Shown piece by piece: positions 41,961-51,871 of a stretch of DNA of 64,000 bases. The first letter of the stretch is position 1, and every line of letters starts with the position of its first letter. The position numbers were made by a program, and so were the translations under genes. A model generated the notes under the pieces. It was not told where the DNA came from, did no database searches, and was given only the letters and a program-made list of their open reading frames with translations. This DNA is from an uncultured Alphaproteobacteria bacterium (GTDB taxonomy: Bacteria; Pseudomonadota; Alphaproteobacteria; Sphingomonadales; Sphingomonadaceae): positions 242,491 to 306,490 of the forward strand of contig CAVPZG010000004.1 in the NCBI GenBank assembly GCA_963710205.1, in the 5' to 3' direction.

Positions 41961-43100
41961 ATGCAGCCAGAAGACCTCCGCATCGCCCTGTTTTCGGGGA
42001 ACTACAACTATGTGAAGGACGGCGCGAACCAGGCGCTGAACCGGCTGGTAGGGCATCTGCTGTCACGCGGTGTGAAGGTGCGGATCTATTCGCCCACAAT
42101 CGACAATCCGCCGTTCCAGGCGACAGGTGACGTCGTGTCCATATCGAGCGTGCCCCTGCCCGGGCGCGGTGAATATCGCCTCGGCTTTGGCCTGATGGGG
42201 GTCGGGAAGGACATCGAGGCCTTCGATCCGCATATCGTTCACATCGCATCGCCCGATCTGATCGGCCACCGGGCCGTCGCCTGGGCCAGACGGCACTACA
42301 CGCCGGTCGTCGCCAGTGTTCACACACGTTTCGAGACCTATTTCCGCTATTACAAGGCGGCGTGGATGCAGACATTCATCGAAACGGCACTTCGGCGCCT
42401 CTACCGGAAATGCGCGGAAATCTACGCGCCGTCGGAATCGATGGCGGCCGTGCTGACCGATCAGCGCATGAACCGGAAGGTTCGCATCTGGAGCAGGGGT
42501 ATCGACGGCGACCTGTTTCATCCGGACAAGCGCGACATGGAATGGCGGCGCGGCATCGGCATTGAAGATGACGAACTTGTTATCCTGTTCGTCGGACGGC
42601 TGGTGCTGGAAAAGGGTCTGGATACCTTTTCCGATACGCTGAAGGAACTCGACAAGCGCGGCCAGAACTACCGCGCGCTGTTCGTCGGCGAGGGACCGGC
42701 CCGCAGCTGGATCGAGGAGCGCGCGCCGCAGGGAATTTTCCTGGGGTTTCAAGGCGGAGAAGACCTTGCGCGGGCCTATGCGAGCGCGGATATCATGTTC
42801 AATCCGTCCTCTACGGAAACCTTTGGCAATGTGACGCTGGAGGCTATGGCGTCGGGCCTTCCCGTGGTGGCGGCCAGGGCAACGGGTAGTCTCAGCCTGG
42901 TGCAGGAGGGCGTCAATGGACGACTGACCAGTCCCGATTCCATAAAGCAGTCCGCCGATGCGCTGCAATATTATCTGAACGATCCCGCCGCCCGCGCCAA
43001 AGCCGGGAAGGCGGGCCGGAAACGGTCGAAACGCTTCGACTGGACGGAAATTAACGAAGGCCTGCTACAGCGCTATCTGGCAGTGGCGGAGATGAAATGA
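41961..43100 (+). CDS. glycosyltransferase family 4 (GT-B, retaining type)
   Basis: RIALFSGNYNYVKDGANQALNRLVGHL...VRIYSP; later FVGRLVLEKG...FVGEGP...ADIMFNPSSTETFGNVTLEAMASGLPVV carries the EX7E motif. Confidence 0.8.
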   Translation: MQPEDLRIALFSGNYNYVKDGANQALNRLVGHLLSRGVKVRIYSPTIDNPPFQATGDVVSISSVPLPGRGEYRLGFGLMGVGKDIEAFDPHIVHIASPDLIGHRAVAWARRHYTPVVASVHTRFETYFRYYKAAWMQTFIETALRRLYRKCAEIYAPSESMAAVLTDQRMNRKVRIWSRGIDGDLFHPDKRDMEWRRGIGIEDDELVILFVGRLVLEKGLDTFSDTLKELDKRGQNYRALFVGEGPARSWIEERAPQGIFLGFQGGEDLARAYASADIMFNPSSTETFGNVTLEAMASGLPVVAARATGSLSLVQEGVNGRLTSPDSIKQSADALQYYLNDPAARAKAGKAGRKRSKRFDWTEINEGLLQRYLAVAEMK

Positions 43101-43885
43101 AGACCTGGCTGGGGCGTCGGCTGTTTGCGCGCGAGAATATCAGACAGATTCACATCGTGGGCTGTTCGCGCAGCGGCACGACCATGCTGCACGTGGCGAT
43201 GAGCGCATTCCGGAATGTGGAGCTGTGGCCGGATGAAAGCTCGGCCAATGTGCCGACTTTGGGGGAACGCCGCGACGTGGTGGCGAGGTTCAAAGCGCGG
43301 GGGATCCCGCGCTCCACGCAGCGTTTCCTGATCACCAAGCGCAATTTCGGCTGGTTCAAGCGGCATATCAGCGAGCGGCTGATCGAAAAGGTGCGGATGG
43401 AGAATATGGGGCTGGTGCTGATGTTCCGCGATCCGCGCGACGTCATGCTAAGCCGTCACAAGGCCATGCGCCCCGATGAGAATTACGTGTCGGCGGATCA
43501 CTGGACCCGCTCGATTCTGGCGGGTGAGCATATCGCCGCCCAGCTGGCGGGCCATCCGGGTTTCATGACGGTAAATTACGAGAAGCTCGTTACCGACCCC
43601 GAATCCGTGCGCGCCGAAATGTCGGCACGCTATGGCCTGGAATTGCGCGCGGGCTCGCCCGGACTCGGCGCGATCAAGGCGAATGTCGAAGCATCCGAAG
43701 GCGATTTTGAGGATTATCTGATCGACGCGCTGCACGGCGTGCGCGACATGGACCCGGCCTCGATCGGCAAGTGGCGGGCCGAGGACGAAGACCCTGCCGC
43801 GCCGCTGAAGGCGGACCCGGACACAAGGATCGTCTTCGAGCGCTATGCGGCACAGCACGGCTATCCCGTGGATATTGAACTTTAA
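43097..43885 (+). CDS. sulfotransferase-family protein
   Basis: The ATG overlaps the GT4 stop (ATGA at 43097-43100). IHIVGCSRSGTTMLHVAMS looks like a 5'-PSB PAPS-binding loop and LMFRDPRDVMLS like a 3'-PB. 262 aa. Confidence 0.6.
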   Translation: MKTWLGRRLFARENIRQIHIVGCSRSGTTMLHVAMSAFRNVELWPDESSANVPTLGERRDVVARFKARGIPRSTQRFLITKRNFGWFKRHISERLIEKVRMENMGLVLMFRDPRDVMLSRHKAMRPDENYVSADHWTRSILAGEHIAAQLAGHPGFMTVNYEKLVTDPESVRAEMSARYGLELRAGSPGLGAIKANVEASEGDFEDYLIDALHGVRDMDPASIGKWRAEDEDPAAPLKADPDTRIVFERYAAQHGYPVDIEL

Positions 43886-44150
43886 CGCCTGCCGCGCTAT
43901 ATGGGCATGGCTGGCTTAGCGGCCAGATATGGCGATAAATGCAGCCGTGAAATAGGTATACTGGACCCGGGGGCGGTACCCGGCAGCTCCACCACCAACT
44001 GCGTTGGACAACAAGCATAACGCACTTGCTGATGGGGCTGAAATAGGATCGACATGTACTGAAAGACGGTAGTTTTGCCCGGCCTGATTGAGCCGTAAAA
44101 CTGATCAAAACCATAAATGCTAACGATAACGAAGCATTTGCGATGGCCGC

Positions 44151-44272
44151 CTAACCCAAATCCTTCGTGGATTAGGTTAGACTGACTTAAGCACGGTTCG
44201 GGGCGCACCGGGTAACAGAAGCGCCAGTCCAGCGGTCCGGAGGGCACCGGGCAACAGAAGCCCTCCATTTTT
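44151..44272 (+). ncRNA. candidate structured RNA / sRNA 3' module (three stem-loops, the last terminator-like)
   Basis: Hairpin 1 at 44151-44180 is CTAACCCAAATCC ttcgt GGATTAGGTTAG, imperfect. Hairpin 2 at 44202-44225 is GGCGC [ACCGGGTAACAGAA] GCGCC. Hairpin 3 at 44239-44266 is GGAGGGC [ACCGGGCAACAGAA] GCCCTCC followed by ATTTTT. No credible ORF is present. The 5' end is unknown. Confidence 0.3.
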
Positions 44273-44274
44273 CC

Positions 44275-45363
44275 TTATGTGGTCATCACCGATTTCGGCG
44301 CGAGCAGGGTTTTCACCTTGCCGCGCAGCCAGCGTGTGACCGTGCCTTCGAGGAGTTTTGAAAGGAAAACCGCACCGCCGACCAGGGTTGCGATCATGAC
44401 GACCGCGCCGAGGGGCCCGTGCAGGAAGGCAAATTCTTCCCCCGACAGAAGCAGCAGCACCGGGCGATGGAAAAGATAGAGCGTGAACGTCGCGCCGGAA
44501 AGGGTGCGGATCGGCTTCTCGAATTTGAGCAGGCTTTTCGGGCCGACATGCCGCATCGCGATCAGGTGCGCCGTGAACAGGGCGGCAATGAGCATGTCGG
44601 TGAAGAATGGCGTCGAATCGCGCATGGCGTACCAGATCGGAAACCTGTCCTGCACCGCGTGACGGACCAGATCGGGCAGGCCGGTCAGGCAGATGGCGAA
44701 GATCAGACCTATGGTGAGGATGGCAATGGCTGTCGGCATCCGCCACGACTGGTCCGTGCTGCGATGGTGAAGCCAAAGACCGGCCAGCCAGGCGGGCATC
44801 AGCGCAAGGATCGCCGGACCTGCCACGATCGCGGCGACCCCGACCCAGAGCCAGCGAAAGCGTCCACCATAAAGGGCGAGGGCGAACATCAGATAGTAGA
44901 ACGCCTCATAACAGAGCGACCAGAAGGGATAGTTGAGCGGCAGATCGGCGTCGATCAGCCAGGAGCGTGACAGGAAGAGAAGGGAAAGGCCGATATCGGC
45001 GAAGTCCCATTCCGCACGTTCGACAACGCCCGGTCGCCATCCCTCCGGACCGATCAGTGCCGCGCATGAGATGCTGAACAGGGCGGCGGGAATGATGACA
45101 GCGTAAAGGCGGCTGCTGCGGGCGGCGAGATAGGCCCGCCAGTCGCGGCCCTCCGCACTGTGGGCGATGACGAGACCTGAAACGACGAAGAAGACGATCA
45201 CCGCCTCGTGCGACAGCCGTTCCCACGCCGCATTCATGGCGTAGCCATCCTGGTACATGTGGCCAAGCAGCACCGCGAGTGCCGCAGTGAACCGGCAAAG
45301 GTCGAGATAGAGCGAGAAGCGCAGGTCATCGAGCGGACGGCGGGCAAGGGGTTCGGCGACCAT
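44275..45363 (-). CDS. acyltransferase family 3 (membrane O-acyltransferase, OafA-like)
   Basis: 362 aa with ~10 TM helices. The N-terminus is LDLCRFTAALAVLLGHM...VIVFFVVSGLVIAHS. Confidence 0.75.
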   Translation of the reverse strand: MVAEPLARRPLDDLRFSLYLDLCRFTAALAVLLGHMYQDGYAMNAAWERLSHEAVIVFFVVSGLVIAHSAEGRDWRAYLAARSSRLYAVIIPAALFSISCAALIGPEGWRPGVVERAEWDFADIGLSLLFLSRSWLIDADLPLNYPFWSLCYEAFYYLMFALALYGGRFRWLWVGVAAIVAGPAILALMPAWLAGLWLHHRSTDQSWRMPTAIAILTIGLIFAICLTGLPDLVRHAVQDRFPIWYAMRDSTPFFTDMLIAALFTAHLIAMRHVGPKSLLKFEKPIRTLSGATFTLYLFHRPVLLLLSGEEFAFLHGPLGAVVMIATLVGGAVFLSKLLEGTVTRWLRGKVKTLLAPKSVMTT

Positions 45364-45502
45364 AGGGGTGCCCCTATCGATTCAGGAGTTAAGCGAATAT
45401 GGACATGCGCCTAGGTGCCCTCCGGCAGCGGTCAATGAAAAACCGCTGGAAGAGCCCCCTTGGTATCTTGACCGCCTGCCTGCCGTTCGCCAGCTATGAC
45501 AC

Positions 45503-46048
45503 ATGACCGACGACACCACGCCCGACAGCCTGATTCCCTATGACGACTATGTGCAGGATGCGCTGCGCGGGGTGGTTTACAACACGCTGTCGAACATCGC
45601 GTCCGAGGGCGGCCTGCCCGGCAACCACCATTTCTACATCGCCTTCAAGACAAGGGCGAAGGGCGTCGATATCCCCGCGCACCTGATGGAGCGGTATCCC
45701 GACGAGATGACCATCGTGGTCCAGCATCGCTATTGGGATCTGAAAGTCGACCGCGAGGGCTTTGAGATCGGCCTGAGCTTCAACCAGGTGCCGGCAAAAC
45801 TGGTCATTCCGCTGTCGGCTGTGGTGGGCTTTGTCGATCCCTCTGTCGATTTCGCGTTGCAATTCCCTGCGCCCGAGATTCCCGATGCAAAGCCCGCATT
45901 GAAGTCGGTCGATGCCCGGGCAGAGCCGGACAAGGTCACGGATCTGAAGCCAGTCGAAGCGGAAGCGGCCAAGGATGACGATGACGGCCCCGACGACGAT
46001 GCGCCGAAAAAAGGCAATGTGGTCGCGGTTGATTTTCGCAAGAAGTGA
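45503..46048 (+). CDS. sspB: ClpXP adaptor SspB (alphaproteobacterial type)
   Basis: YDDYVQDALRGVVYNTLSNIASEGGLPGNHHFYIAFKT...EMTIVVQHRYWDLKV...LSFNQVPAKLVIPLSAVVGFVDPSVDFALQF, with an acidic tail ending VVAVDFRKK. Confidence 0.75.
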   Translation: MTDDTTPDSLIPYDDYVQDALRGVVYNTLSNIASEGGLPGNHHFYIAFKTRAKGVDIPAHLMERYPDEMTIVVQHRYWDLKVDREGFEIGLSFNQVPAKLVIPLSAVVGFVDPSVDFALQFPAPEIPDAKPALKSVDARAEPDKVTDLKPVEAEAAKDDDDGPDDDAPKKGNVVAVDFRKK

Positions 46049-46113
46049 TTGAGGCGCGGGCGCGCCTTCCATAGTCAGGGCCGCACATCCTTCAGACAGC
46101 TGTGCGAGACACC

Positions 46114-47496
46114 ATGACCGATACCCGTACCGAATCCGATAGCTTTGGTCCCATCGACGTCCCCGCGGACGCCTATTGGGGGGCGCAGACACAGCGCTCA
46201 ATTGGCAATTTCCCCATCGGGGACGAGACCATGCCGCTGCCGCTGGTGCATGCGCTCGGCATCGTCAAACATGCCGCCGCCATCGTTAACGAAAAGGCGG
46301 GACTGGACGCAAAGCTGGCGGGGGCAATCCAGACCGCTGCGGAGCAGGTCGCCAATGGCGAATATGACGACCAGTTTCCGCTGGTCGTCTGGCAGACGGG
46401 CTCTGGCACCCAGTCGAATATGAACACGAACGAAGTCATCGCGGGCCGCGCCAACGAACTGCTGACCGGGACGCGCGGCGGCAAGGACCCCGTGCATCCG
46501 AACGACCATGTCAATCGCGGGCAGTCTTCGAACGACACCTTTCCGACCGCCATGCACATCGCGGCGGGGCGGGAGATCAATTCGCTGCTGATCCCCGCGC
46601 TGGAACATCTGCGCGGCGCACTGGAGGAAAAGGCGGAGGCATTCGCCGACATCGTCAAGATCGGCCGCACGCACATGCAGGACGCGACGCCCGTAACGCT
46701 GGGGCAGGAATTCGGTGGCTACGCACGCATGATCGAGGACGGCATTGCGCGGGTCGAGGCAGTGCTGCCGCGCGTGTACCGGCTGGCGCAGGGCGGTACG
46801 GCGGTCGGCACGGGCCTGAACGCGCCCAAGGGCTTTGCGGAGGATTTCGCGGCACAGGTCGCCGAACTGACGGGCCTGCCGTTCGAGACCGCGCCCAACA
46901 AGTTCGAGGCGCTGGCGACGCATGACACGATGGTTGAGCTGTCCGGCGCGCTAAATGTGCTGGCGGTCAGTCTGAACAAGATCGCCAACGACCTGCGTCT
47001 GCTGGGTTCCGGGCCGCGCTCCGGGCTTGGCGAGTTGCAGCTGCCGGAGAATGAGCCGGGCAGCTCCATCATGCCGGGCAAGGTCAATCCGACCCAGTGC
47101 GAGGCGCTGACCATGGTCGCCGCGCAGGTTATGGGCAATCACGTCACGGTCACCGTCGGCGGTGCGCAGGGGCATATGGAGCTGAATGTGTTCAAGCCCG
47201 TCATTGCCTATAATGTGCTGCAGTCGATCCGGCTGATCGCGGATGCCAGCGTGTCGTTCACCGATCGCTGCGTCGAGGGTATCACGCCAAACCGCGACCG
47301 GATCACCGAGCTTCTCGAACGCTCGCTGATGCTGGTGACGGCGCTGGCGCCCGAAATTGGCTATGACAATGCCGCGAACATCGCGAAAAAGGCGCACAAG
47401 GAGGGCACGACGCTGCTGGAAGCCGCGCTGGCGCTGGACCTGATTTCAGAAGCGCGGTTCCGCGAGATTGTGCGCCCGGAGACGATGATTGGGTAA
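46114..47496 (+). CDS. fumC: class II fumarate hydratase
   Basis: [29 protein letters not shown] and the [16 protein letters not shown] signature. The longest ORF starts at GTG 46102. Confidence 0.95.
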   Translation: MTDTRTESDSFGPIDVPADAYWGAQTQRSIGNFPIGDETMPLPLVHALGIVKHAAAIVNEKAGLDAKLAGAIQTAAEQVANGEYDDQFPLVVWQTGSGTQSNMNTNEVIAGRANELLTGTRGGKDPVHPNDHVNRGQSSNDTFPTAMHIAAGREINSLLIPALEHLRGALEEKAEAFADIVKIGRTHMQDATPVTLGQEFGGYARMIEDGIARVEAVLPRVYRLAQGGTAVGTGLNAPKGFAEDFAAQVAELTGLPFETAPNKFEALATHDTMVELSGALNVLAVSLNKIANDLRLLGSGPRSGLGELQLPENEPGSSIMPGKVNPTQCEALTMVAAQVMGNHVTVTVGGAQGHMELNVFKPVIAYNVLQSIRLIADASVSFTDRCVEGITPNRDRITELLERSLMLVTALAPEIGYDNAANIAKKAHKEGTTLLEAALALDLISEARFREIVRPETMIG

Positions 47497-47535
47497 TCCG
47501 CACCCCTCCCCCGCGAGCGGTGGACTGGCGTAGTC

Positions 47536-48171
47536 GTGAAACGCCGGGGGATCCTGTTCGTATTGTCCTCGCCGTCAGGGGCCGGGAAATCCACCATGGC
47601 GCGCATGTTGCTGGAGGCGGAGCCGGACATTCGCGTCTCGGTCAGCGCCACCACGCGGCCCGCCCGGCCGGGCGAAGAACATGGCCGGGAATATTTCTTT
47701 GAGACGGACGAGAGTTTCGACCGGCTGGTTGCCGACAATGCGCTCATTGAATGGGCGCATGTCTTCGATCATCGCTATGGCACTCCGCGTGAGCCTGTCG
47801 AACAGGCGCTGGCGGATGGCAGGGATATGCTGTTCGACGTCGACTGGCAGGGCACGCAGCAGCTGAAGCAGCAGATGCGCGAGGACATCGTCTCCATCTT
47901 TCTGCTGCCACCGTCGATGGCGGAGCTGGAAAGGCGTCTGCGTGGGCGTGGCACGGATTCTGATGCGGTGATCCAGGGGCGCATGGACCGCGCGGCCGCG
48001 GAAATCAGTCACTGGGCGGAATATGATTATGTGTTCGTCAATGACGATCTGAAGACCTGTTTTTCTGCCGTGCAGAAGGTCGTCGATGGCGAGCGGTTGA
48101 AACGGTCGCGCCGGGGGGCTTCCCTGACGGATTTCGTAAGGGATATGGTGCGGGAAACGGAGACATCATGA
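47536..48171 (+). CDS. gmk: guanylate kinase
   Basis: GTG start. ILFVLSSPSGAGKST is the P-loop, followed by VSATTRPARPGEEHGREYFF. Confidence 0.9.
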   Translation: MKRRGILFVLSSPSGAGKSTMARMLLEAEPDIRVSVSATTRPARPGEEHGREYFFETDESFDRLVADNALIEWAHVFDHRYGTPREPVEQALADGRDMLFDVDWQGTQQLKQQMREDIVSIFLLPPSMAELERRLRGRGTDSDAVIQGRMDRAAAEISHWAEYDYVFVNDDLKTCFSAVQKVVDGERLKRSRRGASLTDFVRDMVRETETS

Positions 48172-49649
48172 AGTCCGGCAAGATATTGATGCTGATCTGC
48201 GGCCTGCTCGCGGGGCTGGCCTTTGCCTTCTCCATCGACGCGCTCCGGCCCGCCGCCGAGGCGCAGCGCGCCGAAGATGCCGGGTCCAGCGATATCGCGG
48301 ACGCCGCCATGCGCCGCCTGCCGGGCAGCAGGGAAGAGGTCATGCTGTCCTATGCGCCGCTGGTGCAGGAGGTCGCGCCCGCCGTCGTCAACATCTACAC
48401 GGCCCGCCGGGTTCAGCAGCGCGTCAATCCGTTCTTCGACCAGTTTTTCGGGCGCGGCCGCATGTCCGCGCCGCCGCGCACGCAGCAGTCGCTGGGGTCG
48501 GGCGTGATCGTCGGTGAAGACGGGCTGGTCATTACCAATAACCATGTCGTTCAGGGCGCAGAGGAAATCCTCGTCTCACTGGCCGACCGGCGGGAGTTCG
48601 AGGCGGAGCTGGTCTTTACCGACCCGCAGCTCGATCTGGCGCTGCTACGCGTGGACAATGGCGGTACGCGGTTGCCCGTGGTCGATCTCGGCGATTCGGA
48701 GCGGACCGAAGTTGGCGATATCGTCGTCGCCATCGGCAACCCCTTTGGTGTCGGCCAAACGGTGACGAGCGGGATCATCTCAGCCATTGCGCGCACAGGT
48801 GTCGGCATTTCCGACTATCAGTTCTTTCTGCAGACGGACGCCGCCATCAACCCCGGCAATTCCGGCGGAGCGCTGATCGGCCTGGATGGCAGCCTGGTTG
48901 GCGTCAACACGGCCATCTATTCGCGCTCTGGCGGGTCCAATGGCATCGGCTTTGCCATTCCGGTCAATATGGTCCGGCAGTTCCTTGCCGGTGCCGCCAA
49001 TGGCCGGGTCGTCAGGCCTTGGCTGGGCGCGGAGACACAGGCGGTGACACGGGAACTGGCGTCGAGCCTGGGTCTCGACCGGCCATCGGGTGTGCTGATC
49101 CGTGCGCTTTCTTCGGGCGGCCCCGCCGAAAAGGGCGGACTGCGGGTCGGCGATGTGATTACCGCCGTGAACGGGCAGGCCGCGACCGATCCCGGCACGC
49201 TGCGCTATCTGACCGGCAGCCGCCCGCTGGGTGAAGCGGTCAGCGTCACCGTACTGCGCGGGGATAGCGAGCGGACCGTGCAGCTGCGGCTCGTTGAGCC
49301 GCCGGAAGTGCCGGCGCGCAACGAGACCGTACTGGACGGCGACCATATCCTGACCGGTGTCTCGGTCGCGAACCTGTCGCCGAAGCTGGCGTCCGAGCTG
49401 GGGTCGGGCTTTCCCGAAAGCGGCGTCGTGGTGACGGGTCTGACGCGGGCGGCGCCTGCGGCGAGGCTGAACTTCGTGCGGACGGGCGATGTGATCCGGT
49501 CGGTCAATGGAACCAAAATATCGACGGTGGCAGCGCTCGATTCCGCTTTGGCCGGCGCCAGCGCGGAGGCGGATATCGAATTCAGCCGGGGCGGACAGGT
49601 AGCGATCTGTTCGTTCCGCGCGCCCCGGTTTTTCCGGTGCCGGAGCTAG
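48168..49649 (+). CDS. periplasmic HtrA/DegP-family serine endoprotease with two PDZ domains
   Basis: The ATG overlaps the gmk stop (ATGA). It has a signal/TM N-terminus, the motifs ITNNHVV and NPGNSGGAL, and two PDZ-like segments. Confidence 0.9.
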   Translation: MKSGKILMLICGLLAGLAFAFSIDALRPAAEAQRAEDAGSSDIADAAMRRLPGSREEVMLSYAPLVQEVAPAVVNIYTARRVQQRVNPFFDQFFGRGRMSAPPRTQQSLGSGVIVGEDGLVITNNHVVQGAEEILVSLADRREFEAELVFTDPQLDLALLRVDNGGTRLPVVDLGDSERTEVGDIVVAIGNPFGVGQTVTSGIISAIARTGVGISDYQFFLQTDAAINPGNSGGALIGLDGSLVGVNTAIYSRSGGSNGIGFAIPVNMVRQFLAGAANGRVVRPWLGAETQAVTRELASSLGLDRPSGVLIRALSSGGPAEKGGLRVGDVITAVNGQAATDPGTLRYLTGSRPLGEAVSVTVLRGDSERTVQLRLVEPPEVPARNETVLDGDHILTGVSVANLSPKLASELGSGFPESGVVVTGLTRAAPAARLNFVRTGDVIRSVNGTKISTVAALDSALAGASAEADIEFSRGGQVAICSFRAPRFFRCRS

Positions 49650-49664
49650 GAAAGAAGAACAACC

Positions 49665-49691
49665 GTCATTCCGGCGAAGGCGGGAATCCAT
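49665..49691. repeat. REP-like imperfect palindrome of the common alphaproteobacterial cattcccgc...gcgggaatc type
   Basis: gtcATTCCGGCgaagGCGGGAATccat has 8-bp arms with one mismatch. A second hairpin, aCCCCGCCcctcGGCGGGGt, lies at 49731-49750. Confidence 0.6.
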
Positions 49692-49765
49692 TTCCCGAGA
49701 TCGCGACGAAGGGCGTTATGCCAGTGATGGACCCCGCCCCTCGGCGGGGTGAGTGTCCTGGCCGT

Positions 49766-51755
49766 TCATTCAAACTCCATGATGACATCGTCCACGGCCA
49801 AGCTCTCGCCGGCTTTCGCCCTGATCGCCGCGACCACGCCAGATTTTTCCGCGCGCAGGATGTTTTCCATCTTCATGGCCTCGACCATGGCGAGGGGCTG
49901 ACCGGCCTCGACCTTCTGGCCCTCCTCAACGTCGATCGAGACGACGAGGCCGGGCATGGGGCAGAGAAGATATTTGGAGAGGTCGGGTGCGACCTTCTCG
50001 ATCATGTGCGCGCTGAGTTCGTGCGTGCGCGGGCTTAGCGTGCGGACCTGATGGCGGCTGCCGCCGATCCCGAGGCGGTAGCCCACCGCCTGCGGCTCGA
50101 CCTCGACGGCGATTGGACGCCCGCCGAGGGAGCCGGTGAACAACTTGTCGCCCGGCTGCCAGCCGGACGTCAGGCCATGAGATGCGCCGTCGATGGTGAT
50201 GTCCCATTCGGGTGAGGTTCCCGTGATGGTCACGGGCGTTCCCGCGTCGCCAAGAACGACGATCCAGTCGTCGCCCCAGGCGGGTCCGCCATTCAGCTGA
50301 CCGGAAATATGCGCGGCGCGTTCGGTTGCGACGGCCTGCATCGCGGCGGCAGCGGCGATCAGGGCGGTCCGCTGGTCGTCCGTCAGCGGCGCACCCGCGA
50401 AACCGTCGGGATATTCCTCGGCGATGAAGCCCGTGGTGATGTCACCCGACCGGAATTTCGGGTGCTGCATGACGGCGCTGAGGAAGTCGATATTGTGGCC
50501 GATCCCGCGCACGACATAGCGGCCAAGCGCGTCCAGCTGGCGGTCGATGGCCGTCTCCCGCGTGTCGCCCCACGTGACCAGCTTGGCGATCATGGGGTCG
50601 TAGAACATGCTGATTTCGCTGCCCTCGACGACGCCCGTGTCGACGCGGACCTTCATGTCTTCCTCGGCGGGCGGCGCATAGGCGGTCAGGCGGCCGATGG
50701 AGGGCAGGAAGCCGCGATAGGGGTCCTCGGCATAGACGCGGGATTCCATCGCCCAGCCTGTCCAGCTTCACATCGTCCTGGCCAAATGACAGCTTTTCAC
50801 CCTGCGCGACGCGGATCATCTGTTCGACGAGGTCGATGCCGGTCACCCATTCGGTGACGGGGTGTTCAACCTGCAGGCGCGTATTCATTTCAAGGAAATA
50901 GAAACTGCGGTCCGCGCCGACGATGAACTCAACGGTTCCCGCGCTGGTATAGCCGACGGCGGCGGCAAGCCCGACCGCCTGTTCCCCCATCGCCCTCCGC
51001 ATATCGGGCGTGACGAACGGGGAGGGTGCCTCCTCGATCACCTTCTGGTGGCGGCGCTGGATCGAACATTCGCGTTCACCCAGATAGAGCGTGTTGCCAT
51101 GGCTGTCGGCCAAAATCTGAATTTCGATATGGCGCGGCTGTTCGACGAATTTTTCGATGAAGACACGGTCGTCGCCAAAGCTGTTCAGGCCCTCGGATTT
51201 GGTGGCGGGGAACCCCTCGCGCACTTCCTTCTCGGTATAGGCGAGGCGCATCCCCTTGCCGCCGCCACCCGCCGACGCCTTCATCATCACGGGATAGCCG
51301 ATGTCATTCGCGATCTTCACGGCATGGTCCGTGTCCTCGATTTCGCCGACAAAGCCGGGGACGATGGAGACGCCTGCTTCCCTTGCCAGTTTCTTCGATT
51401 CGATCTTGTCGCCCATCGCCGCAATGGCTTTCGCGGGCGGGCCGATGAAGGTGATGCCCGCCTGTTCGCAGGCCTCGACGAAGCTGGCGCGTTCCGACAG
51501 GAAGCCATAGCCCGGATGCACGGCGTCCGCGCCGGTGTCCTTGCAGGCCTGAATGATCTTGTCCGTTAGGAGATAGGAGTTGCTTGCGGGCGGCGGCCCG
51601 AGATGCACGGCCTCGTCCGCCATGCGGACATGCAGGGCCATGGCGTCGGCATCGGAATAGACGGCGACGGTCCTTATGCCCATGGCGCGCGCGGTCTTGA
51701 TGACGCGGCAGGCGATTTCCCCGCGGTTGGCGATAAGGATTTTCTTGATCATCAT
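49766..51755 (-). pseudogene. pccA: propionyl-CoA carboxylase alpha subunit (biotin carboxylase + BCCP), interrupted by a 1-nt insertion
   Basis: ORF 50442-51803 reads [22 protein letters not shown]...FGQDDVKLD and then nonsense. ORF 49766-50749 continues with [21 protein letters not shown]...VEAMKMEN. Removing nt 50759 restores ...[17 protein letters not shown]. Confidence 0.8.
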
Positions 51756-51871
51756 GGCTCCCGTTCGGGTGCAGGCTTTGGTGGGATGGATTTGTCCGGT
51801 CAAGCCATCTGTATGCGCGAAAGGGCATGTGCGATACGCGGAGAACCGTCAGGTGGAGGGAACGCGGCGTC

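Noticed and set aside
43897-44268. A 123-aa minus-strand ORF, and a 39-aa plus-strand ORF (ATG 43912), inside the convergent spacer.
   Set aside because: Third codon positions are A/T-rich, unlike native genes. There is no RBS and no recognisable motif, and the minus ORF starts inside a hairpin. The region is better explained as non-coding RNA or spacer, although a foreign small gene cannot be excluded.
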